Source: Malacoraja senta (lineage: Eukaryota). From it: a DNA stretch of 64,000 bases. Shown here piece by piece: positions 1 through 13,300 of this stretch. Position 1 is the first letter of the stretch; each line of letters opens with the position of its first letter. The notes below the pieces were generated by a model, which did no database searches, was not told where the DNA came from, and was given only the letters and a program-made list of their open reading frames with translations. The position numbers and the translations under genes are program-made. The stretch covers positions 1,118,001 through 1,182,000 of the forward strand of contig CM075997.1 of NCBI GenBank assembly GCA_038087875.1, written 5' to 3'.

Positions 1-453
1 AAAATCTTGAGAGGAATAGATTGGGCAAACGCACAGAGTCTCTTTCCCAGAGTAGGGGAATCGGGAACCAGAGACACAGGTTTAAAGTGGGGGGTTTTAA
101 TAGGAACCTGAGGGGTAACCTATTTTACACAAAGGGCACGAAGGTCTTTTATTGTCACGTGCACCAATTAAGGTACAGTGATCAATGTTGCTTTCTGACG
201 GAATGTGTAGGGAGGAACTGCAGATACAGCGGGACAGGCAGCATCTCTGGAGAGAAGGATTAGGTGACGCTTCGGGTCGAGACCCCTCTTCAGACAAAGA
301 GAGAGGGGAAATGGAAAGGAGGGAAACAGATGGTAATATAGAGAGAGAGATATAGAACAAATGACTGAATACGATGCAAAAAAAAGTAACAATGATTTCC
401 TGACAGAAAATGCTTACATATTTCAAACTGTGAAATAAGATGTCCCAAATGGC

Positions 454-635
454 TTAGCGGGAAATAGCACGGAATTCATACATGTGGGGTACAACCAGCA
501 AACCACTTGAAATGGGCGAGGTGTCGACATCCTTGCGATCGATGACAGGCTCGATGACAAAGTTCTGCAGCAAAGTGGTCAAAAAAAGGAAAAGTTCCAT
601 GCGAGCCAAGGATTCCCCCAGGCACATTCTCTTGC
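454..635 (-). CDS. CYP2-A exon 9 (heme-binding Cys, stop codon)
   Basis: [26 protein letters not shown]...YEFRAISR*. Confidence 0.95.
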
Positions 636-3600
636 CTGCAAAAAAAACAAACAAGATCTTTCGCTTAGTTTAGAGATATCGCACACAATACTATCCCGCA
701 CACACTAGGGACAATTTACAATTATACCGAAGCCAATTCACCAACACCTGTACGTCTTTGGAGTGTGGGAGGAAACCGGTGAAAACCCACGCAGGTCAAC
801 GTGCAAACTCCGTACAGACAGCACCCGTGGTCAGGATCAAACCTGTGTCTCTGGCGCTGCAAGGCAGCAATTCTACCGCTAAGCCACTGTGCTGCCCCTG
901 TTTAGATTAGAGATCCAGCGTGGAAACAGGCCCTTCGGCCCACCGAGTCCACACCGACCAGCGACACACACACACACACACACACGTGAAAGACCGGTCA
1001 TATTTTGGCCATACCAGATTACTGTCACAGATTTTCTTCATTCGGTTTAATTTTATTATTGTCATGTGTACCGCGAAAAGCTTTGTTTTGCATTGCAATT
1101 AGATCAGATAATGCTTTACATAAATACAATCAAGTTAAACTCAAGTACAATAGATAGAGCAAAGGGGAAGATACAGAGTGTCGGATCTAGTTCTCAGCAT
1201 TGTAGTGCATCAGTTCCAGAGACAAAGTCCAATGTCCGCAATGGGGTAGAGGTGAATCGGACAGTACATTAGCTTGTGGAAGGATATTTCAGGATAAAAG
1301 CATTTAATGAATCACATGGGGGGGGGGGGGTTAAACAAAATCAGGCCACTTCAAAAGTATTATTGAAATATTTCTTTTAAAATTCCAGATTTATTTATTT
1401 AAATAATTTTAAATTCTGCTGCTTTTGTGAGTTGGCAGCATTTCAGATCCCAACCTGAAACGTTGGTTATCCATGTCCTCCAGAGATGCAGCCTCTCGCA
1501 CTGAGTTGCTCCAGCACCTTGGGTTTTACTCAAGAATCCAGCATCTGCCGTTTCTCGAGTCTCCATTTTATTGGTGTTTTCATAGTTGGGTTCAGACGCA
1601 TGTTTCCAGATCAAGAGGCAAGAAAGACCTGCTTACTGGTCCAGTGACATAATGTAGCATAGTGTGGCTTTATTCTACAATCAATTTACGAGGATGTTGC
1701 CAGGACTCAAGGTCAATAGAAAATAGGAGCAGGAGTATTTCATTCCCTTCGAGCCAGCTCCACCATTCAATACGATCATGGCAGATCATCCAAAATCAGT
1801 ACCCCGTTCCTGCTTTCTCCCCATATCCCTTGATTCCATTAGCCCTAAGAGCTATATGTAATTCTGGCTTGAATACATCGAGTGAATTGGCCTCCACTGT
1901 CAAAGCCAAAGTCAATTTTATTCATCACATACACCCGAAGGTGCAGTGAAATGAATTTGCCAGCAGCGATACACTTAAAAAGAACACACAATACACAATA
2001 AAGTTTAACATAAACACCCACCACAGCATTCTTCGCTGTGCTGGAAGGCAACAAAGTTCAGCCAGTCCTCCTTCTGTGGCAGAGAATTTCAGAGGGAGTT
2101 TAGAAAGATACGGGCCAAAAGCAGAGACATCTTGGTCGGCATGGGCAAAGATCTTATAGCAAGCAAGATAGATCACTCCTTCTAAATGCAATGGGCTGAC
2201 GTGTAGTACGCAACGGAGCGGAACGTGGGCCTTTTTTTCATCCATTTCAGTAACCCAACCCGACCCGACTCGCAGTGTAATCAACGTTGCGGGGGAACAG
2301 TTTGTGTTAATAAATTATAATTCTGAAAATGAGTAGAAGATTTTTACCAAATAACTTTTATTTTTACGAGGATGTTTCCGTAACCGGCTTCCGTCTCCAC
2401 ACTAGTTATCTTTGCTCCGCTATGGGACCTTTGGTGCGGAGACGGAAGCCGGTTACGGAAATGGGCCGAAAATTACCCATGAATCTGCCCATGACCGTAC
2501 TACGTCTTTTTCGTCGAGTGGTCTATCTTGCTCGCTATAGGGTCTTTGGGCGTGGGCAAGTTGGGCTGAAGCACCTGTTTCCACATTGTGTGACTCGATA
2601 CACAATGTGGTCAGATAGAGAGACAATAAAACATTTTACCTGCAGAAAAAGCCACAAAACTCTCACTCTTTTTGAAGCATCCCTTTTCATCAAGAAAATG
2701 ACTTGGATTAAAGGATTCCGGTGTCTCCCAATAGCCGACTTCTTTCAAGACAGAGGAAAGTACAGGAATCACAAAGATGCCCTGAGTATAGAAACAAGTT
2801 AAGACAAGGTAATGAGCAAAATTTATGAGTTGCACAGTGTACACTGTTATACAACACGGTGTAGTAATGACAGATGTTATACACGGCAAGATCGATTTAT
2901 TGTACTGTTTCATGTGTTATCGATTCTAGGAGACCAGAATGTACCACGTTCAATCACTGGTCTGGACTGAAACACGATCTTGTAGGAATGGTAATGGGGA
3001 TGGTAAATTACAGCCCTTGGCTAATATAATAAAGGAATGATCCGCATCCAGGAAAATCTATAATTTAGTTTAATTAGGGATACAGTGCAGAAACAGGCCC
3101 TTCAGCCCAAGATGGGCTCGCTATCAAAACATGGAGGGGACGGGGGACACAATTTTTTGGCGGCCACGCGCGCATGCGCACGCACACACATGCGCGCGAG
3201 GCTTCGGAGGCTCAATCCAGCGCTAAATGCAGCTCAACTCTGCCTGTCTTCACCGGGTTAACTACAGCCCTGCCTGGGCTGATGGGATACCAGCGCTGCT
3301 TCTCCGCGCTGGCCATATTTCCCGCAAGTCCAGGAAGGGTTGTAAGCTCACCTGGCGGGACAGGCAGAGTTTGCTGGGTTTAGCGCTGCTTCTCTGCGCT
3401 GGCCCGACTGACTGCCGACCAAAGATCCTATAGCAGAGGATGTTTGCTGCCGACCTCTCTGGCCACCTCTGGGGGGGGGGGGGGGGGGAGTCCTGGCCGG
3501 GATCGATCCTGGCTGCGGATGAAGCGCAGGTCTGTGCCAATCCTCCCTCCTCCAATCATCACGCTGAATCATGTCCCGCCCCCATTGCCTGCTGACCGAC

Positions 3601-6600
3601 GTCTCTCTCCTCCAATCGGCGCCCTCGATCACCGGATTTTAAAATCCGGATTACAAAAACTTGTGGGGGTTGTCCCCCACCTCTCAAAACATGGAGGGGA
3701 CGTGTCCCCTCTGGCCCCCCCGGGTTTTCCGCCCCTGCTTCAGCCCACCTCCTCCAACGCAAAGCATCAGAAGCAGGAGAAGTGTGCAGGAAGGAACTGC
3801 AGGTGCTGGGTTTTAACCAAAGATAGACACAAATAGCTGGAGTAACTCAGCGGGTCAGGCAGCATCTCTGGAGAGAAGGAATAGGTGATGTTTCAGGCCG
3901 AGACCCTTCTTCAGACTGAGATTCAGGGAGAGGGGATCAAGAGATATAGGCAGTGATAGAGAGAGATGTAGAACAAATGAACGAAAGATATGCAAAAAAA
4001 AAGTAACAAAGGTGAAGCCCACGATAGTTCATTGTTGGCTGAGTAATAACGAGTTATGCAGGCAATGAAACTCAATGGGACGACAGTGAAACTAGTATAA
4101 CAATTCAGGGGGGGAAGGGACAGAGAGAGACAGAGAGAGGAGGGTTGCAGAGGTTACCTGAAGTTAGAGAAATCAATTCATACCGCTGGGGTGTAAGCTG
4201 CCCAAGTGAAATATGAGGTGCTGTTCCTCCAATTTGCATTTGGCCTCACTCTGACAGTGGAGGAGGAGTTGTGCCCTGTCCCACTTAGGAAACCTGAACG
4301 GAAACCTCTGGAGACCTTGCGCCCCACCCAAGGTTTCCGTGCGGTTCCCGGAGGTTTTTGTCAGTCTCCCTAATGGTCGAAAGTGGTTTCCACTTCTTCT
4401 ATGTTCTGGCGATTATTTCAAAATCGGTAATTTTTTAGTCGAAGCCGGTTGCGATGCTAGTTGAAGGTGGTTGCCAGAGGTTGCAGGTAAGACCTTCTAC
4501 TACCTGTAACCTCCGGCAACCACCTGCAACCACCTTCAACTAGCATCGCAACCGGCTTTGACTAAAAAATTACCGATTTTTAAAACGGCAACCTATTTTT
4601 AGTCGCGGCTGGTTTTGAATTTTTTGAAATAATTGCCGGAACATAGAAGAAGCGGAAACCACTTTCGACCATTAGGGAGACTGACAAAAACCTCCGGGAA
4701 CCGCGCGGAAACCTTGGGTGGGGCGCAAGGTTTCCAGAGGTTTCCGTTCAGGTTTCCTAAGTGGGACAGGGGCATAAGGCACTGATTTCACTCTGTTTTC
4801 TGGGCCACAGAATGGCTGACAATATTCTCACCATAGCAATGGTTATATACATTCTGGTTTGATGCTATGAATGCATGAATGGAGTTTATTGGCCAAGTAT
4901 GTTCACATACAAGGAATTTGCCTTGGTGCTCCGCTCGCAAGTAACAACACAACATACAGTAAACAATTAAGAATAAAACTTTAAGAATAAAATGTTCGAG
5001 TTTAAACATGTGAATGAAATAAAATGGCAGAGCAAAAGGAGGCCATTTATAAGCAACAATACAACTACAAAAGTCATGCTAGACAATAGACAATAGGTGC
5101 AGGATTAGGCCATTCGGCCCTTCGAGCCAGCACCGCCATTCCATGTCTTCATGGCTGATCATCCCCAATCAGTGCCCCGTTCCTGCCTTCTCCCCATATC
5201 CCCCGACTCCGCTATCTTTAAGAACCCTATTGAGCTCTCTCTTGAAAGCATCCAGAGAATTGGCCCTCCACCACCCTCTGAGGCAGAGAATTCCACACAC
5301 TCACCACTCTCTGTGAGAAAAAGTGTTTCCTCGTCTCCGTTCTAAACGGCTTACCCCTTATTCTTAAACTGTGTGGCCCTGGTTCTGGACTCCCCCAACA
5401 TGATAAAGGTTTGATCCTGACCTTGGGTATCAAGTGTCCTCTGAATTCACATCGCTCATTGCCATGTGTGGAATACTCAAGGGGACGATGTCAATGTAAC
5501 GTTGAACCTCGTGTATGACCGCATCAGTGTAAGGCATCTTTGCCCGATCTTCAGCCTTAGGTCTTCGATTCGGTCCAATAACCTCATCGATTTCACAGTG
5601 AATTTTCTCTGGTGGAGCAAAATAAACAACGTATCATTTCTTTTAACAGACTTAGCCTGTAAACATTTCCCACTTAGATATTGGTCACTATTAACATCTG
5701 ACTATAGACACAAAAAGCTGGAGTAACTCAGCGGGACAGGCAGCATCTTTGGAGAGAAGGAATGGGTGACGTTTCAGGTCGAGACCCTTCTTCGGACTAG
5801 AGAAATAATTGTGTTTTACTTGCATCTCTAGGAAGGGTGAGAGTAATCACTTTGAGAATCTAGAGATGCAAAGGAGGACTCAGGTAATTAATTTATGTTT
5901 AAGAAGGAACTGCAGATGCTGGAAAATTGAAGGTGGACAAAAATGCTGGAGAAATTCAGCGGGTGCAGCAGCATCTATGGAGCGAAGGAAATAGGCAACG
6001 TTTCGGGTCGAAACCCTTCTTCAGACTGATGTGAGTGTGAGGGTGGGGGGCGGGGGAGGAAGAAAGGAAGAGGTGGAGCCAGAGGGCTGACGGAGAGCTG
6101 GAGAAGAGGAGGAGAATGTAAGGACTACCTGAAATTAGAGAAGTAAAGTAAAGTAAAGTAAAGTAAGTTTATTTATATAGCGCCTTTCAATCAGATTACT
6201 GAAACCAAAGCGCTTTACAGACAATTAACCATATAAATAAAAAAATAAAAAGGTAGAATAAAAAAGACACGACACACTATTTAGAGATTCAACATGAACA
6301 TCCCCCCACAGCAGAGTCGACACTCTCCACCGTGAGGGAAAGGCACCAAAGTGTCCAGTCCTCCTCCTAGTCCACCTGAGGTCGGGGCCAGTCTGAGAAG
6401 TCAGTTGAGAGAAGTCAATGTTCATACCGCTGGGGTGCAGGCTAAATTACTCAGGTAATTTAGTTTACATGTTATACAAGATTCACAAGGGGATGGTGGG
6501 CATAACTGCAGATAGATACATAACATACTCAACAGAAAGGAGAACAAGAAAGAAAAATGATATGCAAATAGAAATCCCATTCGCCAGGACAGATATTTAT

Positions 6601-9600
6601 AAGAACTCATTCTTCGTAAGAACCTTAAGGGAATGGAATATACTAGACAACGATATAGTCAAATCACCTTCACTAGACAGTTTTAAGGGGGCACTTAAGG
6701 GGTTAGTGTGCAGAACACATCCAATATGCAGAGTACTGCCCTGCCGACTACAAATTCAGATGTTAGAGATACAGCGCGGAAACAGAAAATGTATTCTATT
6801 TTACATTTTCCTTGATCACCATCTTCGTTGATGTCTCGTTTTCACACCTAACACTTCCTTATCCATCTATCTCCCTCCCCCCCTGACGTTAGTCCAGAGA
6901 AGGGTCTCGAGCCGTAACGTCACGCATTCCTTCTCTCCAGAGATGCTGCCTGTCCCGCTGAGTTACTCTAATGTTTTGGCCATGACCTTTCAGCAGTAAC
7001 GAAGCTTACCTTGAATTTCTGGATACTTGGCCAGGATCTGGATGGACCAGTGCAGTGTCAAGCTGGTTGTTTCAGTTCCAGCCAAAAATAAATTCAGTGT
7101 CGACAGCAACAAGTTTTCTTGACTGAATTCTGAGTTAAGCTCATTTTTGTCCTGAATCAAAGCAAAAAAACATTTAAAACATTTCAGCCAATGTTAGATT
7201 TTTCTTAAAACTTATGTCCTTGTATTTAGTTTTTTAGTTTTTAGTTTAGAGACAGTTTGGAAATAGGCCCTTCGGCCCAGCGAGTCCGTACCGACCAGCG
7301 ATCCCCACACATTAACACTATCCTATGCACACTAGGGACAATTTACATTTACGCAAATCCAATTAACCTACTAACCAGTACGTTTTTGGAGTGTGGACAG
7401 AGACCGAAGATCTCGGAAAAAACCCACGCAGGTCACGGGGAGAACGTGCAAACTCCGTACAGACAAACACCGGTAGTAAAGATCGAACCCGGGTCTCTGG
7501 CGCTGTAAGTAGCAATGTTACAACATTTTGAGATTTTCAAAATAAAGTCTGTAATTCATCCCATCAGATAAAGCATAAAAATAAGTTTAATTTGACACCT
7601 AATTCACTTTCATATCTTCAGTATTAAAAAAGTTATGGCCATTTTCATACTCGGAAATTAGCATCTTGTTCCCTATTGCTTTTCCATTGACTTACACAAA
7701 AGCTGTGATCGAGGACAGTCAAAAGCCCATAACTTTCTAAAAAATTAAGAGAACTGAAAGAAATTTTCAGTTATTATAGATTGAAGCATTCTGAAACAAA
7801 TATAAAACAATCTTACTTAGAAGACATGAAATTAAAGCATATAATTAGTTAGTTACCTAATTGTAGCTAATTACAAAATTCAATTACTAGATCTAAACAT
7901 CTATCAATTTCTTAAGAATAGATTAACATTTTTAAAAAGCCTAAGTGTCCAAATAACATTCACACAAGAATTCACAATATAACATAATTTTTAAATCTCA
8001 TTGTCATGAATTTACAGGCCAAATGGAAGGAATTGAATGTTTAATACCTGCAAATTAATCGGCATTTAATTCATCTTGCGAGTGAGGATTTCTGGAACGC
8101 GATCATTTGGAACGTTGATTTGCGGTGAATTTAACCCCGTATCGGCATGAAAAATTCTGCCGTTAGTTCGGGGAATAAAATCACCGTTTCGCATGAAAAA
8201 ATATTAATTAAAGGCTTCTTAAGAAGCACTTTTATACATTAAAATAAACCACTTTCGTTTACCTGTCCCCTACGTGAAATCCGTCCCCGTTATCGGCTTC
8301 AGAAGCTGATGTTAAAATGACTCCAGCGCTGACATTGTCGATTTAATAAAAATAAAAAATACACAAAACGCCCCTAGGAACGATTTTTCAGCAAACGCTT
8401 GTACTCCAACGAAATATAATACAGGACAAGGGAGGAGAAACCCGCGTTTTAAACCCGCCCTCCCCTTAAAGGCGCCAAAATCGCGCACACGGCCAGTGAC
8501 AGATTTACAGCGACACTGAAGGTAAGTATTGTAACATACCTACTGTAAGGCAGTAGCTCTAGTGCAGCGCCATCATGCCATATTGGTCAACATAGTCAGT
8601 TTGGGCCAAAGGGCCTGTTTCTAAGCCGTACAACTATGTGACTCTAAACGCCCGATTTACCAGTTCAGTACAAAACTCCAGCGAACAAGGTCCACTTGTT
8701 GCACACAAAAAGCTGGAGTAACTCAGCGGGACAGGCAGCGTCTCTGGAGAGAAGGAACGGGTGATGTTTCTGGTTGAGACCCTTTTTCAGACTGAATCTG
8801 AAGAATGGTCTCAACCCGAAACTTCAGCCACTCCTTCTCTCCAGAGATGCTGCCTGTCCCGCTGAGTTACTCCAGCATTTTGTGTCTACCTTCAGATTAA
8901 ACCATCATCGGCAGTTCCTTCCGACACAAGAGTTGGTAGGATGAATGCAATACGGTGTCATTACCTCATCCATCTTGTTGAGAAAGGTGTCGATGTAATC
9001 CCTGGGGAAATCCTTCTCGTGAACCTCTTTGTGTCTTTGAATAGTTTTGTGCAGAAAACTTTTTATACTTGTAATATTTTGGAAGAACTTCTGGTGAGGT
9101 CCAGGCAGGCAATTCATGATCCTCGGGATGTTATTGTACAACTGCAAAACAGACAATGTGATCAGTCACAAGCAAGGTGGTGTTTCTGAATATATCTGAT
9201 GGAGAGTCGGATGGTGTGCAGCCTATTAATAGACGGTCTATTAAATATATATTACCTCTTGGTAAGGCTCTTAGATGGTGAGAGATAAGAAATATCTGCT
9301 CTCAGTCAGTTTAGTTTAGAGATACAGTGTGGGCAGATGGGGCTTGTCAGCCTGGGAAGGCAGTCTATCTAGGAGAGGGAAAACTCTGATTTAAAACCTC
9401 CACTGCCTTGTGGCCATATCCAGTCATGGAAAAGGCTCCAGGAGTCAAGAGAGTTTATTGTCATATGTCCCAGATAGGACAATGAAATTCTTGCAAAGCA
9501 AGAATTTCATTGCATTACTCCAGGAGTAAACCTCAAGACAATCCGGAGTCGGAGCCCCTAAGGCAGTTCGTCGTTGTGTGCAACCTCGCTCTGGCAGCTC

Positions 9601-10268
9601 CTGTAACGGCCCTGCTGTTCCTTTGGATCGATCACCGACGTCGAGAGGGGGGGGGGGGGGGAACGTGCTGCATGGGCAACAGCCTGTCGATCCTCCATAT
9701 GACATCGCCCAGGCTTGCATCCGACCAGGATGCATCACCCATGGTCAGTCATGACCGAAGGGAGCCAACAACAGGGCGAAAACAGGCCCTTCAGCCCACC
9801 GAGTTCGCGCCGACTGGCGAACCCCGCATATTAATACTATCTACACTAGGCACAATCTGTTTACATTTATACCAAGCCAATTAACCTACACACCGGTACG
9901 TCTTTGGAGTGTGGGTGAAAACCAAAGTTCTCGTAGTAAACACACGCGGTCATGGGGCAAACGTACAATCTCGGTACCGACAAGCACCCGTAGTCAGGAT
10001 CGAACCCGGGTCTCTGGAGGTAGAAGCTCTGTAAGGCAGCAACTCTACCGCTGCGCCACCGTGCCACCCCAATTGGAATTTTAAGGTTCCTTAACTGTGA
10101 TTCTACGGAGATGCTGATTGAATGGAACTTGTTGTGAATCAGATTTAACAGGTCAAGCAAACTCCTTTCAACTGTTTTAGCTCCACGATTCCATGAGCTA
10201 ACACACGGGCACCAGAATTGCAGAATTGAAGGCTTCCCACCCAAATAGTACGAGTGAACTTCAGGTAG

Positions 10269-10314
<46 letters not shown>

Positions 10315-13300
10315 CTTCCCCACCCAAGTCGCACTAGCTTCTCGTTTTCACCAAACAAACAGCTAACAAGGAAGAAGGGTTTCGGCCTGAAACGTTGCCT
10401 ATTTCCTTCGCTCCATAGATGCTGCTGCACCCGCTGAGTTTCTCCAGCATTCGTTCTTAAACAGCTGACAATGGCCTGTTTCATTACTTTTTTTTGCATA
10501 TCTTTCATTCATTGTTCTTTATCTCTCTACATCATCACCTGTATCTCTCGTTTCCCTTATCCCCAACCTGTCTGAAGAAGGGTCTCGACCTGAAACGTCA
10601 CCCATTCCTTCTCTCCAGAGATGCTGCCTGTCCCGCTGAGTTACTCCAGCTTTTTGTGTCTATCTTAGTGAACCAATTGGGCTGATAAGACAATCTAATT
10701 GTTATGTTGTGGTGAGATGAACTAAATACAAAATTAACCAAATATAAAATCACTGCTGTGGTGGAGTTTGAACTTGATTACCAGCCCAATAACATAATGG
10801 ATATTTGATTGATTTGCAATTGATATTTTTAAGGCAGAGGTAGATAGATTCTTGATTAGTACGGGTGTCAGGAGTTATGGGGGGGGGGGGGGGGGAAGGA
10901 GAATGGGGCTAGGAGAGATAGATCAGCCATGATTGAATGGCAGGGTAGACTTGATGGGCTGAATGGCCTAATTCTGCTCCTATCACTTATGAACTTATAA
11001 TCACTATACTCTCATACTCACTAACGTTTGCTATTGTTAAATGTTAGCTCTTTAACCTCTTCCTGATGAAAACTGGACCCTTTTTATAGATCTCTTTCCC
11101 CACCATCTTGACTCTGAGAGTCTCATCTGGAAATCGGTCCCGGTTTAGAAACATAGAAAATAGGTGCAGGAGTAGGCCATTCGGCTCTTCGGGCCAGCAC
11201 CGCCATTCAATGTGATCATGGCTGATCATCCAGAATCAGTACCCCGTTCCTGCTTTCTCCCCATATCCCTTGATTCCGTTAGCCCTAAGAGCTAAATCTA
11301 ACTCTCTCTTGAAAACATCCAGTGAATTGGCCTCCACTGCCTTCTGTGGCAGAGAATTCCACAGATTCACAACTCTCTGGGTGAAAACGTTTTTCCTCAT
11401 TGCAGTCTTAAATGGCCGACCCCTTATTCTTAAACTGTGTGTGACCCCTGGTTCTGGACTTCTGTCAGCATCTGTAAAAGCATGGTCCTTAAAATTAAAC
11501 GAGATCCATACCTGCACCCAGGGACTACTTAAAACGCGGACAACTTCTCCGATCATCCCCATCAGCCTGAGAAAGCTCTGATCTTCATAATCGAACCGTT
11601 CCCCAAAGGTGATGGAACAGATGATGTTCGATGTTGCACACCTCAGCGGGAAATCTGCCTTAAATGGGCCACCTAGTCCAATTAAAGAGACCGGTTAGAA
11701 GAGCGTACAATGTTCAAATGACAACCGCTATCAAATATCAAATACCAGAGGGCATAGCTTTATGGTGAGAGGGGCAATGTTTAAAGGAGATGCGTGGGGA
11801 CAAGATTTTTTTTAAACAGAGGGTGGTGAGTGCCTGAAACATGCTGCTGTGGTGGTGGTTAAAGCAGATATGCTAGTGGCATTTAAGAGACTTTTGCATA
11901 GGCATGTGGTCATGCAGGGCGTTGAGCAATAGGGATTATGTGAGGCAGATAAGAATTGGTCCTGGCAACATGCTGGGCAGTGTCAAACACGGGGGCATGA
12001 TGGCGCAGCAGTCGAGTTGCTGCCTAACATTACCAGAGAAGGGGCCTGCTTCTCTCCTGTATGGCTCTATGTACAACAGGATTTGGATTGATTCGCCGGG
12101 GTAGGGGAACCAAGGGGCGCTAGGGGAACCACGAGCTGCTGCCTTACAGCGGCAGAGTCCCGGGTTCAATCCTGACTACGGGTGCTGTCTGTACGGAGTT
12201 TGTACGTTCTCCCCGTGACCTGCGTGGGTTTCCTCCTACACTTCAAAGACGTGCAGGTTTGTAGGTTAATTGGCTTGGTATGATTGTAAAATTGTTCCTA
12301 GTGCGTAGGATAGTGCTAGTGTACAGGGATCGCTGGTCAGCACAGACTCGGTGGGCCGAAGGGCCTGTTCCTGTGCTGTATTGTTCCATGTTTCACATTC
12401 TATCACCTCTTGGCCTTGCCTTTTTTTAAGGAAAGGCCAGACTTTTAACCATTTGGTGGTTGTCTGATGCTTCAGTCACAAACCTTTTTTATTCCTGAAG
12501 CTTGTAACCAGGAACTGAGCTTCCTCCTGAATTCTCTCCTCGATACTCTTTTTCCCCATTCCATAATCCTTCAAGGTGCTGAGAGTGAATCTCCGAAGCT
12601 GTTTCCATCTCTCCCCACTGCTAAAGCCAACTCCTGCAAGAGAGATGTGTAAGAAGGAACTGCAGATAGAAACATAGAAACATAGAAAATAGGTGCAGGA
12701 GTAGGTTCATACGGCCCTTCGAGCCTACACAGCCATTCAATATGATCATGGCTGATCATCCAACTCAGTATCCTGCATCTGCCTTCTCTCCATACCCCCT
12801 GATCCCTTTAGCCACAAGGGCCACATCTAACTCCCTCTTAAATATAGCCAATGAACTGGCCTCAACTACCTTCTGTGGCAGGGAATTCCACAGATTCACC
12901 ACTCTCTGTGTAAAAAATGATTTTCTCATCTCGGTCCTAAAGGATTTCCCCCTTATCCTTAAACTGTGACCCCTTGTTCTGGACTTCCCCAACATCGGGA
13001 ACAATCTTCCTGCATCTAGCCTGTCCAACCCATTAAGAATTTTGTACGTTTCTATGGGTCTATGCTGGTTTACACCAAAGACAGACACAATAGACAATAG
13101 GTGCAGGAGTAGTCCATTCGGCCCTTCGAGCCAGCACCGCCATTCAATGTCATCATGGCTGATCATCCCCAATCAGTACCCCGTTCCTGCCTTCTCCCCA
13201 TATCCCCTGACCCCGCTATTTTTAAGAGCCCTATCTATCTCTCTCTTGAAAGCATCCAGAGGACCTGCCTCCATCGCCCTCTGAGGCAGAGAATTCCACA